From Ruminococcus sp. (GTDB lineage: Bacteria > Bacillota > Clostridia > Oscillospirales > Acutalibacteraceae): a DNA stretch of 64,000 bases. Made by a program: the position numbers and the translations under genes. The notes beneath the pieces are model-generated. The model was not told where the DNA came from. It did not search any database and saw nothing but the letters and a program-made list of their open reading frames with translations. How positions within the stretch are numbered: the stretch's first letter is position 1; each line of letters starts with the position of its first letter. Positions 57,553 through 64,000 of the stretch are shown in pieces. Where the stretch lies: assembly GCA_045130495.1 (NCBI GenBank), contig JBGUPW010000032.1:2802-66801 (forward strand), read 5' to 3'.

Positions 57553-59334
57553 ATGGCAGAATTTATGACAGGCTTAAAGCGCACGGATTATTGCGGCGAT
57601 CTGCGCCTTTCCGACGCGGGCAGAGAGGTAACTGTCTGCGGCTGGGTGCAGCGCGCGAGAGATTTGGGTCAGCTTATTTTTATCGACCTTCGCGACCGCA
57701 CGGGCATCGTGCAGCTTGCCTTTAACGATACGACCGACAGAGAGGTTTTTGACAAGGCGTTTTCATGCCGCGGCGAGTTTGTGTTGGCGGCAAAGGGCGT
57801 TGTTTGCGAGCGCAGCGCAAAAAATTCCGATATCCCCACGGGCGACATTGAAGTTGTCGTGAACGATCTGAGGATTCTTTCAAAGGCGCAGACGCCTCCC
57901 TTTGAAATCGTGGACGAAACGAACACCAATGAGGAGCTGCGTTTAAAATACCGCTATCTCGACCTGCGCCGCCGTCCGCTGCTCAACAATCTTATGCTGC
58001 GCAGCAAAATATCCAAGACCGCGCGCGATTATTTTGCCGAGAACGGCTTTATAGAAATCGAAACCCCGATGATGATAAAATCCACCCCCGAGGGCGCGAG
58101 AGACTATCTTGTGCCGTCGCGTATTCACAACGGCAGGTTCTACGCTCTGCCGCAGTCGCCTCAGATCTACAAGCAGCTTTTGATGCTTTCGGGCTTTGAC
58201 CGCTACATCCAGCTTGCCCGCTGCTTCCGCGACGAGGATCTCCGCGCCGACCGTCAGCCCGAGTTCACTCAGATAGATATGGAGCTTTCGTTTGTCGATG
58301 TGGACGACATTATTGAAATAAACGAGGGCTTTTTCAAAAGGCTTTTCAAGGATGTAATGAATATCGACCTGCCGGTGCCGTTCGAGAGAATGAGCTACAC
58401 CGAGGCGGTGAACAACTACGGCTCCGACAAGCCCGATATCCGCTTTGATATGAAAATCAAGGATATTTCCGATTTGGTTAAGGACTGCGGCTTCGGCGTT
58501 TTCACTTCGGCGATAAACAACGGCGGCTCTGTCCGCGCGATAGTTGCAAAGAACGCCGCTTCGGTTTACACCCGCAAGGAGATCGACAAGCTGACCGAAT
58601 ACGCGAAGGGCATAGGCGCAAAGGGACTTGCCTATGTGAGATGGGTAGATTCTCCCAACGCATCGTTCAAAAAGTTTATGACGGACGAAGAGCTTTCGGC
58701 GATTTATGATCGTCTCGGCGCAGAAAAGGGCGACGTAATATTGATTGTCGCCGACAAAAACAGCACCGTGCTTTCAACTCTCGGCGCTCTGCGCCTGACC
58801 GTTGCAAAGCGGCTCAACATTATTCCCGACGGCTTCAAGTTCCTTTGGATTGTAGATTTCCCGTTCTTTGAAAAGGACGAGGAAACGGGCGAATGGGTAG
58901 CCATGCACCACCCGTTCACCATGCCCAAGGAGGAGTGCGTGCAGTACCTCGACACCGACCCGTCAAAGGTTATCGCAAAGGCGTTTGACCTTACGCTCAA
59001 CGGAGTCGAGCTTTCAAGCGGCTCAATGAGAATCACCGACTACGAATTGCAGCAGCAGATGTTCAGGGCGCTAAAGCTCACCGACGAGGAAATCGAAGCC
59101 AAGTTCGGCTTCTTGGTTGAGGCGTACAAATACGGCGCACCGCCCCACGGCGGCATGGGCATAGGTCTTGACCGTGTGGTAATGCTCATGTGCGGCGCGG
59201 ACAACCTGCGCGACGTTACCGCGTTCCCGAAGGTTCAGAACGCGAGCGAGCTTATGTCGGCGTGTCCGTCCCCCGTAGACCAAGAGAGCCTTGATGTGCT
59301 GGGAATTCAGATCAAGGAAAAGTCTGCCGATTGA
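57553..59334 (+). CDS. aspS: Aspartate--tRNA ligase
   Basis: FIDLRDR, TPEGARDY, LPQSPQ, RDEDLRADRQPEF, HHPFT, GAPPHGG. Confidence 0.97.
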   Translation: MAEFMTGLKRTDYCGDLRLSDAGREVTVCGWVQRARDLGQLIFIDLRDRTGIVQLAFNDTTDREVFDKAFSCRGEFVLAAKGVVCERSAKNSDIPTGDIEVVVNDLRILSKAQTPPFEIVDETNTNEELRLKYRYLDLRRRPLLNNLMLRSKISKTARDYFAENGFIEIETPMMIKSTPEGARDYLVPSRIHNGRFYALPQSPQIYKQLLMLSGFDRYIQLARCFRDEDLRADRQPEFTQIDMELSFVDVDDIIEINEGFFKRLFKDVMNIDLPVPFERMSYTEAVNNYGSDKPDIRFDMKIKDISDLVKDCGFGVFTSAINNGGSVRAIVAKNAASVYTRKEIDKLTEYAKGIGAKGLAYVRWVDSPNASFKKFMTDEELSAIYDRLGAEKGDVILIVADKNSTVLSTLGALRLTVAKRLNIIPDGFKFLWIVDFPFFEKDEETGEWVAMHHPFTMPKEECVQYLDTDPSKVIAKAFDLTLNGVELSSGSMRITDYELQQQMFRALKLTDEEIEAKFGFLVEAYKYGAPPHGGMGIGLDRVVMLMCGADNLRDVTAFPKVQNASELMSACPSPVDQESLDVLGIQIKEKSAD

Positions 59335-59356
59335 TCGTGTTTGCGGAGAGTAGAAT

Positions 59357-60133
59357 ATGAGTGGCATAATTGTACCGTTAGCGGTGATTGCGGGTCTGAT
59401 AGTTGTGATCGTCGGCGGCGGTTTAATAATCAAATCAAAGGTGTCAAAATTTTCGCAGCAGGCGTTCGGCACCAAAAGCTTTTTGGAGGGCTACAACGAG
59501 CAAAAGCGCAAGCTGAGCGAAACGCCGCGCTCGGTTCACTCCATGACCCCGATATATCTTCCCAGAATATTAAAGGATTTTCCCGAATTTGACTATGAGC
59601 GGTACCGTATTCAGGCTCAGTCGGTGCTCAGAGGCTATCTCAACGCGATAACCACAGGCTCGACCGCGACTTTGCCGAAGGATATTACCGTCGCGCTTAA
59701 AAACCACATTCAGGAAATAATCGAGAATCTTAACGAAAACAATCAAAGGCAGTATTTTATTGAACCCGTTATCCACGACGCGCAGATTTCGCGCTATATC
59801 AAAAACGGCGCGAGCGTCACGGTTATGTTTAACGTTTCCGTCGGAATGTTCGCCTATACCGAGGACGCGGACGGCAATGTGATAAACGGCAGCAAAACCG
59901 AAAAGCTCCAAACAGTTTATGAGGTCGGGCTGCTGTATGTTCAGGACGTTGAGAAAATGGGACTTTACAGCGAAAGCGGTTTGGGTCTGCACTGTCCCAA
60001 CTGCGGCGCGCCTGTCCGCAATTTGGGAATGAAGTTCTGCGAATACTGCGGCTCAGCCGTTATAGAGGTGAACACCCGCGTCTGGAAGTTCAACTCCGTA
60101 GAAGAGCAAACCAAACGCCGAACCGCCTTTTAG
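59357..60133 (+). CDS. Membrane-anchored protein with Tim44-like region and C-terminal zinc ribbon
   Basis: N-terminal TM, DFPEFD, CPNCGAP...CEYCGS. Confidence 0.7.
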   Translation: MSGIIVPLAVIAGLIVVIVGGGLIIKSKVSKFSQQAFGTKSFLEGYNEQKRKLSETPRSVHSMTPIYLPRILKDFPEFDYERYRIQAQSVLRGYLNAITTGSTATLPKDITVALKNHIQEIIENLNENNQRQYFIEPVIHDAQISRYIKNGASVTVMFNVSVGMFAYTEDADGNVINGSKTEKLQTVYEVGLLYVQDVEKMGLYSESGLGLHCPNCGAPVRNLGMKFCEYCGSAVIEVNTRVWKFNSVEEQTKRRTAF

Positions 60134-60425
60134 GTCGTTGCCACGACGGGGCAGGGCGGCGACTGAGTCGCATGCAGGGCGCCTATTAAAAAATCGCTAA
60201 AAAGAAAACCCTTCCCTTAACGGCGCGCGTCAGTGGACGCTTTTGGCGCCTATTTATAAATTGCTATAACAAAAACCTTCCTTCAACGGCGCGGTCAAAC
60301 GCGTCTGCTAAGGGAAGGTTTTTTATGATGTTTAGGAGCGCGGACTGATTGTCGGCTCAGCCGACCGCGGACTGGGTGCAGCGTCACGCTGCCGCGGACT
60401 GATTGTCGCCTCAACCGACCGCTGC
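60133..60425. repeat. REP/BIME-like mosaic between convergent genes
   Basis: Modules ggtcgttgccacgacggggcag, aaccttcc..aacggcgcg hairpin x2, cggactgattgtcg x2 and gcagcgtcacgctgcc. Confidence 0.8.
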
Positions 60426-60427
60426 TT

Positions 60428-61132
60428 TTAAAATTGGAAAAATTTTGTGTCGAGGATAGTGAAATGATTTTTATGGAAATCTATCGCGCCGGCGCGCCTC
60501 AATTCCCCGAGTGTCCTTGAAAGCGAGGCGCGGTCAACGGCTAAATACGCCGCCAAGTCCTCGCGTGACAGGGAAATGTCAAAGCTGTATGACCGCGCGT
60601 TGTCGCTGTGGGTCTGCAAATAGCGCAGCACCTTGTCGCGGAGGTTCTTTTGCGAAAGACAGACCAAATGCTCGGAAATCGTTATGAAAAGCTGACGTTG
60701 GTTCGACATAAGATTGACGAGGATCTTGTGCTGGATATGCACTATATCATCCTTTGCGACGGTCATTGAGAGCGGGTCGAACATCAGAATAATGCTCGGA
60801 GTGTCGGCTGTGATTTCAAACAGCATATTGTAGTGCTCCACCATAAACTGCATTGTGCCGATAGAGCCGTAGTTTTGCAGTGTGTTGAGCACGGTTTTGT
60901 TGCCGCTGTAGTCTACGGTGAAAACTCTTACGCTGCCGTTAATCACAACGCCGAGTCTGCGGTTGACGCCCGCCTCGATCACGTAATGCTGCTCCGGTTC
61001 AAGCTCGATCAAATCGGGCTCGGCGTGAAGTATGAACCGCGTCGCTTCCTCGTCGCTCAGCCCCGTGAAAAACGGGTGCTTTTGAAAATATTTTAAATTG
61101 TCGCCTTGCAGCAGTTCCCTGTATTTGTTCAT
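60428..61132 (-). CDS. Crp/Fnr family transcriptional regulator
   Basis: cNMP-binding-like N-terminus and HTH SREDLAAYLAVDRASLSRTL. Promoter TTGCAT-17-TATAAT at 61213-61185 (-). Confidence 0.88.
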   Translation of the reverse strand: MNKYRELLQGDNLKYFQKHPFFTGLSDEEATRFILHAEPDLIELEPEQHYVIEAGVNRRLGVVINGSVRVFTVDYSGNKTVLNTLQNYGSIGTMQFMVEHYNMLFEITADTPSIILMFDPLSMTVAKDDIVHIQHKILVNLMSNQRQLFITISEHLVCLSQKNLRDKVLRYLQTHSDNARSYSFDISLSREDLAAYLAVDRASLSRTLGELRRAGAIDFHKNHFTILDTKFFQF

Positions 61133-61382
61133 TTCAGCGCTCCGAATAAAAAATATTTCTTCAATACAACTTCATTTCAAATTAATTATATCAAGATTAT
61201 TTTGCAAATGCAACGCTTTTTGTGCGGCTGCTTTTTACAATTGTGTTATTGAACAAAAATATTATATATTTATATGAAATATGTACATTGGCGACGGCGC
61301 AATAATGTGGTAAAATTAATACATATGCGCTGTTGAGAGAAAACAGCGGCGCATTTGCCGATTCTGAACTCGGAGGAAGATT

Positions 61383-62705
61383 ATGAAATTAAAGGGTATA
61401 AGGGTACCTCACAAAAAGAACACGGCGCACGCCGCTCCGGTGCGCGTTCCCGTGCCGAAAACCGTGCGAATCCCGACGTCTATGCACATCGGCAAGCCTG
61501 CGAAGCCCGTTGTTAAACGCGGCGACAGGGTGCTTGTCGGACAGCTTATCGCAGAGGCGGACGGCTATATTTCCGCGCCCGTTCATTCGGGAGTTTCGGG
61601 CAAGGTGCTCAAAATTGACGAAATGATGACTGCACAGGGCTTTAAGGTTCCCGTTGTTGAAATCGAGACCGACGGCTTGCAGGAGGTCGCCGAAACGGTT
61701 AAGCCGCCCGACGTTCACGACCTCGACAGCTTTGTTGCGGCGGTGCGCGAAAGCGGAGCCGTTGGGCTTGGAGGCGCAGGCTTCCCGACGTTCGTAAAGC
61801 TGAGCGTCAAGGATCTGAGCAAGCTTGAAGCGGTGGTCATCAACGGAGCCGAGTGTGAGCCGTACATAACATCGGACACACGTACTATGATTGACCGCAC
61901 TGAAGATATTTTCGGCGGCATTGAGCTGCTGAGAAAATATTTAAAGGTCAATCGTTTTATCATCGGAATCGAGAACAACAAGCCCGAGGCTATTGAAATA
62001 ATGCGTTCTCTCGCCGAAAAGACCGACGGGGTAGAGGTTTGCGCTCTGCCGGCTGTCTATCCTCAGGGCGGTGAAAAGGTGCTTGTTTACAACACCTTCG
62101 GAAAGATGATCCCGAAGGGCGGGCTGCCGCTCGACGTGGGAGTTATCGTTATCAACGTCACGACTCTTGCTTTTATCTCAAAATATATCGAAACGGGAAT
62201 GCCGCTTGTCGAAAAATGTCTGACCGTTGACGGCTCTGCGGTAAAGGAGCCGAAAAATGTGATCGCGCCCGTGGGAACAGAGATTTCCCATGTGCTTGAA
62301 AGCGCGGGCGGCTGCAAGTGCGAGCCTGCAAAAGTGCTGTACGGCGGACCCATGATGGGAATTGCCGTGCCCGATCTGAGCGCTCCCATACTGAAAAACA
62401 CAAACGCGATCGTGGCTATGGACGAAAAGGAAGCCGCGCCGCCGAAGGTCACTCCCTGCATAAACTGCGGAGCGTGCCTCAATCACTGTCCGCTGCGGCT
62501 TGACCCGCGCGAGATTTCAAAAGCCTACAGGAAAAACTCACCCGAGGATTTAAAAACCCTTTGTGTGGATCTGTGCATGGAGTGCGGCTGCTGTTCGTTC
62601 GTATGCCCTGCAAAGCGGCATTTGGTTCAAACAAACAAGCTCGCCAAGGCGGTGCTTCGCGAATATGCCGCAAAACAAAAAGCGAAAAAGGAGGGTGCGA
62701 AATGA
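61383..62705 (+). CDS. rnfC: Rnf electron transport complex subunit C
   Basis: GLGGAGFPT, NGAECEPY, YPQGGEK, GGPMMG, CINCGAC...CP, CMECGCC...CP. Confidence 0.95.
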   Translation: MKLKGIRVPHKKNTAHAAPVRVPVPKTVRIPTSMHIGKPAKPVVKRGDRVLVGQLIAEADGYISAPVHSGVSGKVLKIDEMMTAQGFKVPVVEIETDGLQEVAETVKPPDVHDLDSFVAAVRESGAVGLGGAGFPTFVKLSVKDLSKLEAVVINGAECEPYITSDTRTMIDRTEDIFGGIELLRKYLKVNRFIIGIENNKPEAIEIMRSLAEKTDGVEVCALPAVYPQGGEKVLVYNTFGKMIPKGGLPLDVGVIVINVTTLAFISKYIETGMPLVEKCLTVDGSAVKEPKNVIAPVGTEISHVLESAGGCKCEPAKVLYGGPMMGIAVPDLSAPILKNTNAIVAMDEKEAAPPKVTPCINCGACLNHCPLRLDPREISKAYRKNSPEDLKTLCVDLCMECGCCSFVCPAKRHLVQTNKLAKAVLREYAAKQKAKKEGAK

Positions 62706-63646
62706 ACAAGCTGATATCTTCGGTGTCGCCGCATTTTCGCGGGCAGCGCACCACTCAAAACATTATGCTCGACGTTATAATCGCGCTTATCCCCGCCGTT
62801 ATCGCTTCGGTGATTTTCTTCGGACTTAAAAGCCTTCTCATTTTAGCGGTCTGCATCGTTTCGAGCGTCCTTTCCGAATTAGGCTTTGAAAAGCTCTGCA
62901 AAAAAGAAAACACCGTGTCCGACCTTTCGGCTGTTGTCACGGGCATAATTCTCGCCCTCAACCTTCCTGTCGACGTTCCGCTGTGGCAGGCGGCATTGGG
63001 CGGAATTATCGCGATCGTAGTTGTAAAACAGCTCTTCGGCGGCATAGGACAAAACTTTGCCAACCCCGCAGCAACAGCGCGAATCATTCTAATGACAGCT
63101 TTTTCGGGAACGATGACGAGCTGGGTGGTTCCTCAGGCGTTCAATCTGTTTCCCGACGCCGTTACGGGAGCTACTCCGCTTTCTATGATAGCGAAGGGCG
63201 AAACCGCCGAGCTTCCGTCCTATCTCGATATGTTCCTCGGCAACACGGGCGGCTGTATCGGTGAAACAAGCGCGCTTGCGCTCATTATAGGCGGCGTTTA
63301 TCTGCTTATCAGGGGCGTTATAACCTGGCACACGCCCGTCGCGTTCATCGGCACCGTCGCGGTGATGTCGCTTGTCTGCGGTCAGGACGCGCTTGCTCAG
63401 GTGCTTTCGGGCGGACTTATGATAGCGGCGTTCTTCATGGCGACCGACTACGCCTCGACTCCCGCCACAAAATGGGGCAAGATCATTTTCGGCGTGGGCT
63501 GCGGACTGATAACGATTTTGATTCGGTTCTGGGGCAACTTCCCCGAGGGCGTAAGCTTCTCGCTGCTGATTATGAATATCCTCACGCCGTATATTGAAAA
63601 ACTTACGCGCGCAAAGCCGCTGACCGGAGGTGCCATAAAGAAATGA
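62702..63646 (+). CDS. rnfD: Rnf complex subunit D
   Basis: SPH, DLSAVVTG, KQLFGGIGQNFANPA, DAVTGATPL, GCIGETS, FMATD. Confidence 0.95.
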   Translation: MNKLISSVSPHFRGQRTTQNIMLDVIIALIPAVIASVIFFGLKSLLILAVCIVSSVLSELGFEKLCKKENTVSDLSAVVTGIILALNLPVDVPLWQAALGGIIAIVVVKQLFGGIGQNFANPAATARIILMTAFSGTMTSWVVPQAFNLFPDAVTGATPLSMIAKGETAELPSYLDMFLGNTGGCIGETSALALIIGGVYLLIRGVITWHTPVAFIGTVAVMSLVCGQDALAQVLSGGLMIAAFFMATDYASTPATKWGKIIFGVGCGLITILIRFWGNFPEGVSFSLLIMNILTPYIEKLTRAKPLTGGAIKK

Positions 63647-64000
63647 AAGACATTGTAAAGCCGATCGCGGTGCTCGCCGCTATTTGTCTTGTCGTTACTG
63701 CGCTGCTCGCTTATATAAATTCCGTCACCTCGCCCATTATCGCCGAAGCCAACGCAAAGGCTGAGGCTGAGGCGGTTCAGGAGGTTTTGCCGGGAGCGGC
63801 AAGCTTTGAAACCGTATACGAAAAGGGCGGAGAAAACAGCGTAGGAGCCGAGCTGCCCGATGAGGTCACGACCGTTTACAAGGCTGACGACGGCTCGGGA
63901 TATGTTTTCAAGCTGACCGTCAAGGGCTACGGCGGAAATATAAGCCTGATGTGCGGAATAAACGCCGACGGCTCCATTGAAAGCACAAAGACGCTCAGCC
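63643..64000 (+). CDS. rnfG: Rnf complex subunit G (runs off window)
   Basis: MKDIVKPIAVLAAICLVVTALLAYINSVTSPII...VLP...KGYGGNI. Follows rnfD. Confidence 0.85.
   Translation, partial: MKDIVKPIAVLAAICLVVTALLAYINSVTSPIIAEANAKAEAEAVQEVLPGAASFETVYEKGGENSVGAELPDEVTTVYKADDGSGYVFKLTVKGYGGNISLMCGINADGSIESTKTLS

Noticed and set aside
61241-61256. Rex operator upstream of rnf (ttgtgttattgaacaa)
   Set aside because: Spacing does not fit the 18-bp TTGTGAA-N4-TTCACAA consensus.

Overview
A 64 kb chromosomal segment from a Firmicute, probably a Ruminococcus-like Oscillospiraceae. This is inferred from the dockerin-bearing GH13 amylase, the CIRCE/hrcA operon and the Rnf complex. Housekeeping blocks are glgP, hrcA-grpE-dnaK-dnaJ-prmA, rpsT, rpiB, zapA-U32-dut, mreBCD-pbp2-minD-mgsA, hisS-aspS, a Crp/Fnr regulator and rnfCDG. 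Accessory content is as follows. (1) An AT-rich, 5'-truncated metallophosphoesterase-SAVED gene joined head-to-head to a 5'-truncated LRR/Ig/FN3 surface-protein gene. (2) A large repeat-rich secreted putative clan-CD peptidase and an amylosome-type amylase. (3) An Arn-like cluster that probably makes a dTDP-4-acetamido-dideoxyhexose and transfers it via a lipid carrier. (4) An orphan Nif11-leader peptide. (5) An unusual lipoprotein / small dockerin protein / membrane protein with a ~1.15 kb (D/E)3-Y repeat tail / PqqD(RRE) cluster, directly upstream of a Shango-type defence operon whose TerB protein carries an N-terminal YjbR/MmcQ domain. (6) A tannase plus two paralogous lipoprotein esterases with a duplicated promoter/operator. 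There are also three small repeat families (REP/BIME-like mosaics, ATTCATG-hairpin arrays, GGGAACCTCT-ended MITE-like elements) and a DnaA-box cluster inside a CDS. No rRNA, tRNA, CRISPR array or intact transposase was seen. All calls come from reading motifs by eye; no database searches were run.
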